Below, piece by piece: positions 29,108-38,708 of a stretch of 64,000 nucleotides of DNA; the first letter of the stretch is position 1; each line of letters begins with the position of its first letter. The stretch spans positions 4,850 through 68,849 of the forward strand of contig CAZZJR010000003.1 of assembly GCA_964654585.1 (NCBI GenBank), read 5' to 3'. A program made the translations under genes and the position numbers. The notes beneath the pieces are model-generated. The model was not told where the DNA came from and did no database searches. It worked only from the letters and a program-made list of their open reading frames with translations. Source of the DNA: an uncultured Bdellovibrionales bacterium (GTDB lineage Bacteria > Bdellovibrionota_C > UBA2361 > OMII01).

Positions 29108-31348
29108 ATGCGTGTTGTTTGCCTTCATATCCCCCGTCGATCGGTAAGCGACAGCGCCGAATTCATCAACACGACTTGGGATGTCAACAACCAGAGCGTC
29201 TTCAAGATTCAGCTAGAAGAGCTGTGCGAGTGCCTGTGGCAACCATTCTCGCTAGAGCTCTACGCACACAGCAACATGGTGTACGTGACCATTGCGGCAA
29301 GTAACGAGGTGGTCGACTTTCTCATGACAGGTCTCTACTCTTGGATGTCGGACCTAGAGATTCATGACGTCGAGGACTACACCTTCAACACGACCCAGAA
29401 GACATTGATTGCGGGGGCCGATTTCAAGCTTTGGCGATCCGACATTTATTGCCTCAACACGTATCACAACCTGCGCCCCGACTCGCTCATACCTGTCGTC
29501 ACGGCTCTCTCGCAGATACCCGAGAGTGACAGAATGCTGATCCAAATTCTCGTGAAGCCAATGGCCCAAGACCTGATGCACCACATCGGGCTTTGGAATG
29601 CTCGGTCAACGGACAAGATTAGCCGACTCTTCCACAGCCGGAACTGGTTCAAGCGTGACATGGGCACCGACACCATCAAGCGTTCCGTCGAGAAGTGCTC
29701 AAAGCGCTTGTTCAAGGTGAACTACAGGATTTCCTCGATTTACGAGCCGCCGGCAGACGCCGCAGAACCGTCGGGGAAAGTATTGCAGCGCCTAGCACGA
29801 AACGTTGAAGCCATAGCTGCCGCGGCGAAAAACTACAACACGGCTGAGGACAACAAACTTGTCCTGCGTTCAATCGAGAGCGGGAGAAAATGGCTGAGAA
29901 AGGTTCAATCGCGCGAGTTCAGCGCTCCATTTAGGGTCACCGCTGACGAATTAACCACTTTTTGGCATCCACCTCTGCTCTCGGCACTGCCCAACACCGC
30001 TCAGGTGCTCGCCAAACGCTCCGTGCCACCACGCGGCTTGCCAACAAATCTTGACGACCCGGAAGTTTGCGCCTTCGCCCACACCAACTTCCGTGACCGC
30101 GAAGATGTCTTCGGAATAAAACGCTTCGACCGGCGGAGGCATCTGTACGTCGTCGGCAAGTCTGGAAGCGGAAAATCGTGTCTGCTCCAGCTCCTCGTAA
30201 AAAATGACATTGAAAAGGGGTTCGGATGTGCGGTTCTCGATCCGCACGGAGATCTGGTCGATGACATCCTGCGACTTGTTCCAAAGCACCGTATCAACGA
30301 TGTCGTTCTCTTTGATCCCTCTGACCCACGCTACGCTCCAAGCTTCAATCCAATGGACCCGATCAGGCCGGAGCTGAAACTCCGAGTGGCACTGAGCTTC
30401 CTCGACGCATTCAAGCGCGCTTTTGGCGCCGACTGGTCGGAGCGCATGGACCACGTACTGCGCTACGCAATGCTCGGGCTTCTCAGTGTGCCAGGCTCAA
30501 ATATTCTATCGCTCCGCCGGATGCTCTCGGATGACGCGTTTCGGGCGGAAATCGTCCGAAAGGCGTCAGATGAGTCTGTCAAGCGTTTTTGGCTCCGCGA
30601 ATTCGCCGCGCGGCGTCCCGATTTTGAGGAAGGACCGATCTCCCGACTTCTCAACCGAATTGACGAGCTTCTCGCCACTGAAACGATGAGAAACGTCCTA
30701 GGCCAATCGTCGAACCTCTTCAACTTTCGCGATTTCATGGACAATCGAAAGATTGTCCTGCTCAAAATATCGAAGGGCACTCTCGGATCAGAAAACGCAA
30801 ACCTCCTTGGTTCCATGCTCATCTGGAAGATTTATGAGGCAGCGATGTCTCGAGCGGACATCCCCGCAGAGCAGCGCGAAGACTTCTTCTTCTACGTGGA
30901 TGAGTTCCAAAATTTTGCGACGGATTCTTTTAGCGAGATCCTCAGTGAGTCGCGAAAGTACAAGCTCTGTCTGACGTTCGCCAACCAGTTTTTGGGGCAA
31001 TTACCGGGTCACGTCAGGCAGACTGTTTTCGGCAACATTTCAAACCTGATATCATTCCGGATTGGGGCCGACGACGCTGGCATGGTCTCTTCGGAGCTGA
31101 CCCCCCACTTCAGCACGGAGGATCTCATAAACCTCCCGCTGCGCGAATTTTACGTGAAGCTCAGTATCGACGGCGAAGTGCAAGACGCGTTCTCCGGCCG
31201 AACAATTGACCTTCTCTATCCGCCTGACACCGACAACCATTCGGAGGCGTGCATCCTTCAGTCACGTCAGAAGTACTGCGTGCCTCTGGGGCAGGTACGC
31301 CAGAAAGCTGCTAGCGGTCCGGCTGGCGGTGCTCCGACAGCGAAATAG
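29108..31348 (+). CDS. Orphan FtsK/HerA/VirB4-VirD4-superfamily P-loop ATPase (TraD/DUF87-like) with a roughly 330-aa N-terminal domain of unknown function
   Basis: 746 aa. Walker A VVGKSGSGKSCLL, Walker B FFFYVDEFQNFAT, followed by a FANQ motif typical of this ATPase clade. The N-terminal 330 aa have no motif I recognise. By eye the gene has lower G+C than its neighbours. Confidence 0.75.
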   Translation: MRVVCLHIPRRSVSDSAEFINTTWDVNNQSVFKIQLEELCECLWQPFSLELYAHSNMVYVTIAASNEVVDFLMTGLYSWMSDLEIHDVEDYTFNTTQKTLIAGADFKLWRSDIYCLNTYHNLRPDSLIPVVTALSQIPESDRMLIQILVKPMAQDLMHHIGLWNARSTDKISRLFHSRNWFKRDMGTDTIKRSVEKCSKRLFKVNYRISSIYEPPADAAEPSGKVLQRLARNVEAIAAAAKNYNTAEDNKLVLRSIESGRKWLRKVQSREFSAPFRVTADELTTFWHPPLLSALPNTAQVLAKRSVPPRGLPTNLDDPEVCAFAHTNFRDREDVFGIKRFDRRRHLYVVGKSGSGKSCLLQLLVKNDIEKGFGCAVLDPHGDLVDDILRLVPKHRINDVVLFDPSDPRYAPSFNPMDPIRPELKLRVALSFLDAFKRAFGADWSERMDHVLRYAMLGLLSVPGSNILSLRRMLSDDAFRAEIVRKASDESVKRFWLREFAARRPDFEEGPISRLLNRIDELLATETMRNVLGQSSNLFNFRDFMDNRKIVLLKISKGTLGSENANLLGSMLIWKIYEAAMSRADIPAEQREDFFFYVDEFQNFATDSFSEILSESRKYKLCLTFANQFLGQLPGHVRQTVFGNISNLISFRIGADDAGMVSSELTPHFSTEDLINLPLREFYVKLSIDGEVQDAFSGRTIDLLYPPDTDNHSEACILQSRQKYCVPLGQVRQKAASGPAGGAPTAK

Positions 31349-31452
31349 TTGCTATCTGCGCGAAGGCCGGCGACACTACGAACGTGTGTTCTAGCTCTGC
31401 CTAAAATCTTCAGGCCTTGCGCACTCGCGGGCAACTATGCACTTAGAAAGTT

Positions 31453-31830
31453 ATGAATAACTACCTGTATGTCGCATTCGGCGGGGGCATCGGGGCGGTG
31501 CTACGCGTCGCGGTTGCGGGCCTGATTCAACAGGCAGCTCCAACCCTATCGTTTCCACTCGCGACTTTCACAATAAACGTCCTAGGATGTTTCTTCGCCG
31601 GGATCATTCTCGCTCTAAGCGACCGGCTCGGCGGCATTGGCGAGCACTGGCGCCACCTCGTAATGACCGGCCTCCTCGGCGGGTTTACAACCTTCTCCGC
31701 TTTTGGGGTTGAAACAGTCGAGCTGATAAAGCGGGGTATGCCAGGGACAGCCGCGAGCTACGCGGCGGGAAGTGTCATCTGCGGGCTCGTGTCCCTCTAC
31801 CTTGCGACTATGCTCGTCGGGCGCAGCTGA
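31453..31830 (+). CDS. crcB: Fluoride ion channel CrcB/Fluc
   Basis: 125 aa with 4 TM helices and the conserved GGFTTFS(A/T)F motif of Fluc channels. Confidence 0.85.
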   Translation: MNNYLYVAFGGGIGAVLRVAVAGLIQQAAPTLSFPLATFTINVLGCFFAGIILALSDRLGGIGEHWRHLVMTGLLGGFTTFSAFGVETVELIKRGMPGTAASYAAGSVICGLVSLYLATMLVGRS

Positions 31831-32119
31831 TGTTTGAGCCTGTGCCCACACTCGTTGGCATCATTAACTGCTCTTCGGATAGCTTTTCAGACACGGGCCA
31901 CGCGCCGTCTCCCGAGCAGCTTGTCTTGCTTGGCAGGAAGCTCATACATGATGATGCCGGAACACGTGATAGTCGAGCGTTAACGCTTGAAAGTCGTAGA
32001 GCGATGAGACATTTGGCACTCTCCCGATTCGACTCTCAACACACTGGAGTGCAGCTCGCAAGGTTGCGGGAGAGCCTCCGAGTTTCAGTGCGAAAGCCAC
32101 GAAGACAATCTCTGAACGA

Positions 32120-32770
32120 TCATCCCTCAGATGTGCAGCCAGAAACGAGGCGTTGTTTCGAGAAGACGAAAACATTCCCGGACTGAGGGATCACGAGCAC
32201 CTCTTCGCCGAGGGCAACATTGCTGACACCGTGGGACCCCCCATTCAGAAGCTCCCTCTCAAGCGGCCACCGAACACCGGCGAGCGAGATGGTAGCCGAG
32301 GACCCAAAGGGCACTACCGAGACCTCATCACCCGCTCTGAGCGACAAGCGAAGCTCTACTCCTGGCGAAGCCACTCTGCACTCCATGCCGCAGTGCAAGG
32401 CGCAGATCGACAGCGTCCCGTGATGCCTGACAATAACGCCTAGGTTCGCCAGATTTTGGTCTGGCCGTCCGCCTAGCACGCCACACGCTAGCACTTCCCG
32501 AGCGCCACGCGCCGCGAGCAGCCGTAGCGCCTTCTCAAAGTCATTCTCGTTCTGGTCCTGGAGCTTCACGATTTCGGCACCGGCATGAAGCAGCGCAGCC
32601 TCACCGGGCGATATTGAGTCAAAGTCGCCGCACACGATACTTGGAGAAATACTCACGGGAATCTTTCGAGCCGCACCGTCGAGAGCCACAACCGGGAGGC
32701 CAGGGGCCGCCACTGCAGCGACACTGGCACTGTCACAATCGGGGCTATTACCGACCACTAGGTATCGCAT
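32120..32770 (-). CDS. Thiamine pyrophosphokinase
   Basis: 216 aa. N-terminal nucleotide-binding region with GDFDS and a NDFEKAL motif typical of TPK. Confidence 0.75.
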   Translation of the reverse strand: MRYLVVGNSPDCDSASVAAVAAPGLPVVALDGAARKIPVSISPSIVCGDFDSISPGEAALLHAGAEIVKLQDQNENDFEKALRLLAARGAREVLACGVLGGRPDQNLANLGVIVRHHGTLSICALHCGMECRVASPGVELRLSLRAGDEVSVVPFGSSATISLAGVRWPLERELLNGGSHGVSNVALGEEVLVIPQSGNVFVFSKQRLVSGCTSEG

Positions 32771-32802
32771 CGCACGACCATACTATGCGGCGTGTAATCC
32801 TG

Positions 32803-33063
32803 TCACCGCCGCAGTACCCCGATCTTCGCCAGCACCACAGCCGCCGCCCGGAAAAGCTCGCGCGGGATGGGCCGGTCCAGTGGCAGTTCGGCAAGGGAGG
32901 CACACAGCTCAGGTTCTTCAATCACCGGGATACCGTAGCGGCGGGCCACCGCGACCATCTGCGCGGCAAGCTCCTCGCGCCCCACTGCAGCGAGCCTCGG
33001 AGGCTCCTCGTTGTCCGTGGTAGCGTCGAGCGCTGCCGCTTCAAGGTACCTTTCTCTCCTCAT
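32803..33063 (-). CDS. Stand-alone FlhB C-terminal (post-NPTH) domain protein, YlqH/FhlB-domain family
   Basis: The 86-aa sequence AAALDATTDNEEPPRLAAVGREELAAQMVAVARRYGIPVIEEPELCASLAELPLDRPIPRELFRAAAVVLAKI aligns position-by-position with FlhB residues downstream of NPTH (pattern A.AL.YD....AP.V.AKG.G..A..I...A...GIPV.E...LAR.L.....IP..LY.AVA.VLA). Confidence 0.8.
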   Translation of the reverse strand: MRRERYLEAAALDATTDNEEPPRLAAVGREELAAQMVAVARRYGIPVIEEPELCASLAELPLDRPIPRELFRAAAVVLAKIGVLRR

Positions 33064-33165
33064 AGGCGTAGCTCTCTCGGTAGCCCAGCTAAGGGGCTAC
33101 TCTCCAGTCTCCCTCTGGGAGACAGTTCGGTGCTCGCCTGAAAAAGTTGCCCCTGCCGCCCGGTC

Positions 33166-33720
33166 TTAGCTCAAGATCTGTTGGCTCATCTTGTACTGCC
33201 CCGCGTTCAGTATCGGCACGGTGAAGAATATTCCTACAAAGCACGCGATCATGCCGAGGCAAGCAATCACACTCAAAACAAAAACGGTTAGGGCCGCCAT
33301 AAGTAAATTCGGCGCAAGAGCGCGCCAAGCTGCTTTGATCGCCTCGATTGCGTCCTTTTCGCCACGCATCACTATGCACAATGCAACCGGACTGAGTGGC
33401 ATGAGAAGCAACCCAGGGATAATGCACAAGATAAATCCGAGATAGATTGCGCCCCAGACCAATAGAGACACGAGCAGCGAGGGAAGGATCTGCTCTAACC
33501 CGCTCAGGAGGTCTGCTACCTCTGGTGTTCCACCGGCATCGACCTTGGCCATGGCTCGGTAGTACCCTAGGTACAACGGTCCGTAGAGGAGACCGAATGA
33601 GGCTCCGGTTCCAATACCTATAATCAGGACCGAGAGAAGCTGGAATCCAAGCTGTTTCTTTAAACTATCAATCCCATACGAAATGCACTGACCGATATCT
33701 ACCTTGCTCGCCATAGGCAC
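33166..33720 (-). CDS. Hypothetical 4-5 TM membrane protein
   Basis: 184-aa hydrophobic ORF. Co-directional and upstream of the FlhB-C-like gene and the TPK gene. Confidence 0.5.
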   Translation of the reverse strand: MPMASKVDIGQCISYGIDSLKKQLGFQLLSVLIIGIGTGASFGLLYGPLYLGYYRAMAKVDAGGTPEVADLLSGLEQILPSLLVSLLVWGAIYLGFILCIIPGLLLMPLSPVALCIVMRGEKDAIEAIKAAWRALAPNLLMAALTVFVLSVIACLGMIACFVGIFFTVPILNAGQYKMSQQILS

Positions 33721-33910
33721 CTCATCAAATGCTTTTATACGAGCACCGACCGAGCCTCTCTGTCAACGTGCATAAGGAGGTCTTGAGGATGACGACCGCG
33801 GCTGGTCTGCGTAGATCACCTCTAAGGCGACCAAAAAAGAGGGTGCCGTGGAAAGCTCAAGGAGCGAAAAACCACGGCGAGCGGAGTCGACACCGCTTTA
33901 AGGGATCTCT

Positions 33911-34132
33911 TCATGGCAGCAGCTTCAGGTAGAAAGCCGCAATCCCAAGAGCCCCGACAGCGAGTGCCGGTACACTCAAAAACCGAATCATTCGCCACGC
34001 AAGGTTCAAGGTCAGATTGACCATGAGAATCGAGACGAACCAGAGGGCGGCTTGCACCGTCACTGGACAGTCTGTTCGGCTGGCGATGATCTGGAAGAAA
34101 AAATCTGTCCATTTGAGAAATTCGATAACCAT
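33911..34132 (-). CDS. Hypothetical small membrane protein
   Basis: 73-aa ORF with two hydrophobic segments. Weak call. Confidence 0.3.
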   Translation of the reverse strand: MVIEFLKWTDFFFQIIASRTDCPVTVQAALWFVSILMVNLTLNLAWRMIRFLSVPALAVGALGIAAFYLKLLP

Positions 34133-34498
34133 TTTTGGCCCTCTTCACAGGAATCTGTGCTGAGCTGAAAACCCGACTTGAGCTTTCCAACCAGCCGAGG
34201 ATGCATTCGAGCAGCAGCCTAGGCTGGTAGGAGTGGAGCCATCTTCCCGTATGTTGCCGCGGCCCAAGAGAGCCAACGACGGATGTCGACGGGGAGTGTG
34301 TCACCTTCTGGGGGCTGAGGAGCGCTGCTGAGAGTTCAGATACCGCCTATGGGCAGAAACGAGGCCTCTTTTCCCTCACGTTCGGCTCTTTCATCCACGA
34401 ACACCCGATCGAACTGTATCTGAATCTCTCTCTAGCCCCCCTCATACGAGCGTTCAGTTACTATCCCTGTTAATCAACTCGGCGGAGAGTCCCAAGCT

Positions 34499-35482
34499 AT
34501 GCTGCACCACCAGGCCACAAAAATTCCAATCAACCCAATCAAAGGAGAATTTCCGGCCTCTGGCCCAAGCCTGCAGTCCTTGCGTTTTCCACGACCCGAA
34601 ACGGCCAACACTCGCCAGCCTGAGAGCAACACTAAGGCACCGCCTCAGCAAAGCCCGACCAGGCTGCAGCGCCTCGCCTCACAGGCGAAGTCGCTCGGCA
34701 TCTCATCTCTCCGCCTCGCAGGAGATGCCCTGATGTGGAGCGGCGATAAGCTACGAGCCCTAGCAGACGGCTTCGTCTCCGAACCTACACCTCAAGGACC
34801 CGTCGACGCTCTTCTGAGTCGTGCAACGTCGGGCGCGCCTGATAGTTGGCAGCCTCCTTTCGCTCCGGTCGGGAGGTCTTTAAGGGCCGTCGTTACAGAG
34901 GCATGCCGTAGCGGGCTCTCACTCTTGCAGCCCTCTTTCATAAAGGAGTCGCGGAAGATCATGGGCTACGAGACAGGAATTCTCAAAAAGAGCTCCGCTG
35001 TGTTAGCTCAAATTGCGAAGGGCCTTCCGAACCGAGCCGGTACGCATATCACTCCAGAGCGCATTCGAGCACTGCCCCACGAGTACAACGATCCCTATCT
35101 ACAGAAGACTTTTCATCAGCTACGAAGAGAATACTTTCCGAAAAGATCCGACCTTGATGACTACAAAGTTGTTTGGCGAGACCACCCGATGCACCCCGCA
35201 CGGGGAAAAGTGGCGGATGACCAGGTACACGGGTACATTTTGTACGGAACACGCACCATTCATATCGGGCGAGAGATGTCACATCCCGACGCAAAGAAGT
35301 GGATCCCGGCGCTCATTCACCACGAGCTGAGCCACGCCGTGCTTGACGGATTTCTCTCGCCACAGCAGGACGCGCACGATGAGTGGTTTAAGCGCCTCAA
35401 CCTCAAGCACCCAGACGCGCGGGGGTTCTTGGAGTGGCGAGGATGGCACGACTGCTTTCGCAGCTACCACCAGCCAACCTGA
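34499..35482 (+). CDS. HExxH zinc-metallohydrolase-like protein (DUF45/SprT/WLM-like) with a disordered N-terminus
   Basis: C-terminal motif ALIHHELSHAVLDGF...HDEWFKRL matches the DUF45/SprT pattern HEL.H...(n)H..F. The N-terminal 150 aa are low complexity, so the true start may be internal (for example M at about 34733 or 34961). Confidence 0.55.
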   Translation: MLHHQATKIPINPIKGEFPASGPSLQSLRFPRPETANTRQPESNTKAPPQQSPTRLQRLASQAKSLGISSLRLAGDALMWSGDKLRALADGFVSEPTPQGPVDALLSRATSGAPDSWQPPFAPVGRSLRAVVTEACRSGLSLLQPSFIKESRKIMGYETGILKKSSAVLAQIAKGLPNRAGTHITPERIRALPHEYNDPYLQKTFHQLRREYFPKRSDLDDYKVVWRDHPMHPARGKVADDQVHGYILYGTRTIHIGREMSHPDAKKWIPALIHHELSHAVLDGFLSPQQDAHDEWFKRLNLKHPDARGFLEWRGWHDCFRSYHQPT

Positions 35483-35548
35483 CAGTTCGGACGCTACCCC
35501 TGCTGGAATACTGACTGAGAGGCCGCAGCATGCAGTGACGAGAGCGCG

Positions 35549-38500
35549 CTAGTCAGGGTCGAGCGGATCGATTCTGACCCGCAGCCGCTGAAGCGCGGTC
35601 TCGACTGCCCATACGCCAACAGGTTTGTCGACGTACTCGATTCGTGACGAGGGCTCGACTGACCCGACCCACTCGGGAATAGACGATGCAATACCGAGAA
35701 TACAAAGTTCAGGATTCTCCTCAAGCAGTTCGGAGCACAACCTCGCCGCAGACCCTCCTATCGTATCGAGGTCAACTGCGACGAAACCGTAGGCAGATGA
35801 TTCCCGCTTCAGTATCTCTCGCACCTGGTGCCCGTCGTACGCTGCGCGCGCCCTACAACCTAACGAATCGAACAGCGACGCAAAGTACGGCTGAACTCCT
35901 GTCTCCATGCCCAGCATGAGAATGCCATTCCTCGCGCCTCGCGCGGCCGCAACAGCCCCGCCACCCGAGCCCGTACCCGATCGAACGCTAAGAACCGGAA
36001 GGTATACGCTGAAGGATGCCCCCCGACCCTGAAGGCTATCCACGGTTACCACACCTTCGTGCTGCTTAATAATCGAGTAAGCTGACGAGAGCCCTAGTCC
36101 CGCTCCGCTGAGGCCAACCCCGGTTGCCTTATCCACATTCTTGGTAGTGTAAAATGGCTCGAAGCAACGGGCACGCTGCTCTTCAGACATACCGACACCG
36201 TTGTCTCGTACCTCAAGCCGGATGTAGACGCCCGGCGCTAGCTCGGGGTGAACTTCACCAGAACGTAGCTTCACCTTGCGCGTGGCGATGGTGACTTCTC
36301 CCGGGGAATCCGGCGTTATCGCGTCCTTTGCGTTTGCGAGCAGCGCAGTGAGCACCTGCTGGAGCTGTGAACTATCCCCTATAATCTCTGGGCAATCAGC
36401 CGCGAGGTCCACAATGAGCCTAATCCGACGGCCGAGAAGAGACTCGAAGAGTTGTGACGCCCCTTGGACGAGGGTGTTAATCGAGATGCTCTGCCGGGCA
36501 GGCGCTGCTTGCGTTGAGAAATTCAGCAGCTGCGAGACTAGGCTAGCGCCGCGCTTAGCCGCCTCTGTAATGAGCTGCGCGGATTCCGCGGACTGCGAGC
36601 CCGGTGGAGACTGGAGCTCAATCAAAGAAACCTGCCCAAGAATGGCCTGGAGCAAGTTGTTGAAGTTGTGCGCCACCCCAGACGCGAGGAGCCCCGCCAT
36701 TCGCATCTTAAACGATTCTGACATCTTCTGCTCGAAGCGCCGAGCCATAAAGACAGTCGCCATCTCGCTGGCAACTGTCACCAGAAGCTGCAACCGTCCC
36801 TCGCGCACGAATGCGCCGGGCGCCTTCGGTTCGACGACCATAGCGCCGACTACCTGTCCGAGAGAGACGAGCGGAATGACAACGAGAAGATCACACGAGA
36901 GCTGCCGCATGACGTCATTCAGCCCTGAGCACTCCATTGGCTGCCCACCTCGAATCGTGACTGGCCTCTGAGTTCGAATCGCCTCATCGAGGAAGTCGTG
37001 CCGCAGTGCGAGCTCAACCTGAACCTCCTTGAGCGTCTTCTTTACCCCAGGACCGAAGCCAGCCTGGCCAGCAAGATGGGTGCCTGGCTCATTCATGATG
37101 CCAAGCCAGCCACGCTTTAGGCCAAAATCCTGCTCGAGGATAGGAAAGGTATGTTGCGCGATCTCGGCGACAGTGCGGTGCTTTCCGAGCTCCTGGCTCA
37201 CCCGATAGAGTGCGCTGAGAGCTTCGTTGTGTCGCCGCTCACTCTCAAACAGCTCTGCTTGGCGAACAGCCAAAGAAATCTGAGCAGCTGCGGCCTGCGC
37301 TAAATCACAATCGGCTTCTGCAAATGAGTTCGCTGCGCGCTTGAAGAGCACCAGTGCCCCTAGCACCTGCCCCTCAGCAGCTAGCGGCACTACTATGGCT
37401 CCGCGCACATTCTCCATCTTGGCAAGGGCAACAATCGCCCTTGAGTCAGATTGGAGATCCGGGACCACAATCCCTTCCCCAGTTTGTACAACGTGGCTCA
37501 GCAGGCTCGGACCGGTAAGCACTGGCCCCATCTTCTCGATGTACTTCTCGGACAGACCCTGCGCTGCTACTACCTCCAGCTCGGCGCCGTCGGGACGAGT
37601 CAATACTGCATAGCCACAGTGTGCTCCTGTCGCGCTCAGCACGGCTTTGAGCCCTTTAAAGGTTATTACCGCTGGGTCGATCTGGCCCTGCAGTGAGCGG
37701 GCAACCTCGAACAGCGCCTCCAGTCGACGGTTCTGGGTCACGAGCGCGTCCTGTGCCTGCCGACGGTCGGTAATGTCGATACCGAACCCTTCCCAGCCGA
37801 GGAACGTCCCTTGCGCTGAGAAGTGGGGGATCGCTCGAAGCATCATCCATCGCGCTTCACCACTCTGTTGGTGAATAACCCGAACCTCTTCACGCAGCTC
37901 GTCTCTCTCAACTCGCAATCGGGTTATCCGTCGCCGCAGCATCTCACGGTCCCGCGGATCGAGTATCGAGTCCCAGATTCCAGCATTGCTCAGCATCTGC
38001 GAGGCTGGTATCCCGAGAATCTGCTCGGTGTTGCCAAATACGTCTGTGATGCGGAACTGCGCATCGGTCATCAAGATGATGATGTTGCCGTAGCGCGCCA
38101 TACGACGGTATTGGCCGCGCAGGTCTTCGCCAGCGACGGGCGAACTCGTCACTTGCTGCGGCACACCATTCTTGCTTCCGAGTCCCAAGCTACGGCCAAT
38201 CTCGGCGAAGGCATCCAACTCCTCTTGGCGCCAACGATGGTACGAGCGCGTGTAGAAGCACTCCACAGAGCCCGACAGACGACCGTCGATAACTATCGGG
38301 AAAACGCCACCCGAGCGAACTTTGCGGACAGCAAGTTCGAGCGCCAAATCGCCCGAAACCCTGGCCCGCTGAAGGTCATTAATTACTATTGGCAGGGTCC
38401 ACGTGCGGCCTGCAAATGAGGCAAGTCCCTCATTGAGAACGAAGATCGGAAGCTGCACACCCTGCCCATCCGTCGGACGCTTTGGGTACGAACCCACACA

Positions 38501-38659
38501 AGGTGCATTCTGATGGACGAGCGTGACCGTTACGCGGTCGCAACCGATCTCATGCGCGATCGACTCGGCAAGATGAGCGGCCACCGCTTCCGGCGTGGCA
38601 TGCGGTCCAGTTTCAAACCGCAATTTCCTGACCGTGCTTTCGCTGGCGTCTTGCCCCAT
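35549..38659 (-). CDS. Multi-domain hybrid sensor histidine kinase (GAF/PAS/GAF - HisKA - HATPase_c - receiver-like)
   Basis: 1036 aa. H-box SGVAHNFNNLLQAILG, ATPase N/G boxes (RLEVRDNGVGM, GVGLSGAGLGLS) and a C-terminal receiver-like domain (FVAVDLDT). Several GAF/PAS-like sensory modules lie N-terminal. Starts 50 nt downstream of the truncated flhB. Confidence 0.85.
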   Translation of the reverse strand: MGQDASESTVRKLRFETGPHATPEAVAAHLAESIAHEIGCDRVTVTLVHQNAPCVGSYPKRPTDGQGVQLPIFVLNEGLASFAGRTWTLPIVINDLQRARVSGDLALELAVRKVRSGGVFPIVIDGRLSGSVECFYTRSYHRWRQEELDAFAEIGRSLGLGSKNGVPQQVTSSPVAGEDLRGQYRRMARYGNIIILMTDAQFRITDVFGNTEQILGIPASQMLSNAGIWDSILDPRDREMLRRRITRLRVERDELREEVRVIHQQSGEARWMMLRAIPHFSAQGTFLGWEGFGIDITDRRQAQDALVTQNRRLEALFEVARSLQGQIDPAVITFKGLKAVLSATGAHCGYAVLTRPDGAELEVVAAQGLSEKYIEKMGPVLTGPSLLSHVVQTGEGIVVPDLQSDSRAIVALAKMENVRGAIVVPLAAEGQVLGALVLFKRAANSFAEADCDLAQAAAAQISLAVRQAELFESERRHNEALSALYRVSQELGKHRTVAEIAQHTFPILEQDFGLKRGWLGIMNEPGTHLAGQAGFGPGVKKTLKEVQVELALRHDFLDEAIRTQRPVTIRGGQPMECSGLNDVMRQLSCDLLVVIPLVSLGQVVGAMVVEPKAPGAFVREGRLQLLVTVASEMATVFMARRFEQKMSESFKMRMAGLLASGVAHNFNNLLQAILGQVSLIELQSPPGSQSAESAQLITEAAKRGASLVSQLLNFSTQAAPARQSISINTLVQGASQLFESLLGRRIRLIVDLAADCPEIIGDSSQLQQVLTALLANAKDAITPDSPGEVTIATRKVKLRSGEVHPELAPGVYIRLEVRDNGVGMSEEQRARCFEPFYTTKNVDKATGVGLSGAGLGLSSAYSIIKQHEGVVTVDSLQGRGASFSVYLPVLSVRSGTGSGGGAVAAARGARNGILMLGMETGVQPYFASLFDSLGCRARAAYDGHQVREILKRESSAYGFVAVDLDTIGGSAARLCSELLEENPELCILGIASSIPEWVGSVEPSSRIEYVDKPVGVWAVETALQRLRVRIDPLDPD

Positions 38660-38708
38660 GAGATATCCACTACCGGCCCGAAACTACTCCGAGCCTTCCT
38701 TGCTGCCA

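Noticed and set aside
31349-31452. Fluoride riboswitch upstream of crcB
   Set aside because: I looked for the conserved crcB-motif blocks and found only a weak GGCGAcac. There is not enough to call it. It is left as a low-interest finding to be tested with Infernal.
36276-38419. Plus-strand ORFs 36276..36971 and 37823..38419 inside the histidine kinase locus
   Set aside because: They are antisense to a 1036-aa ORF with clear HisKA/HATPase motifs.
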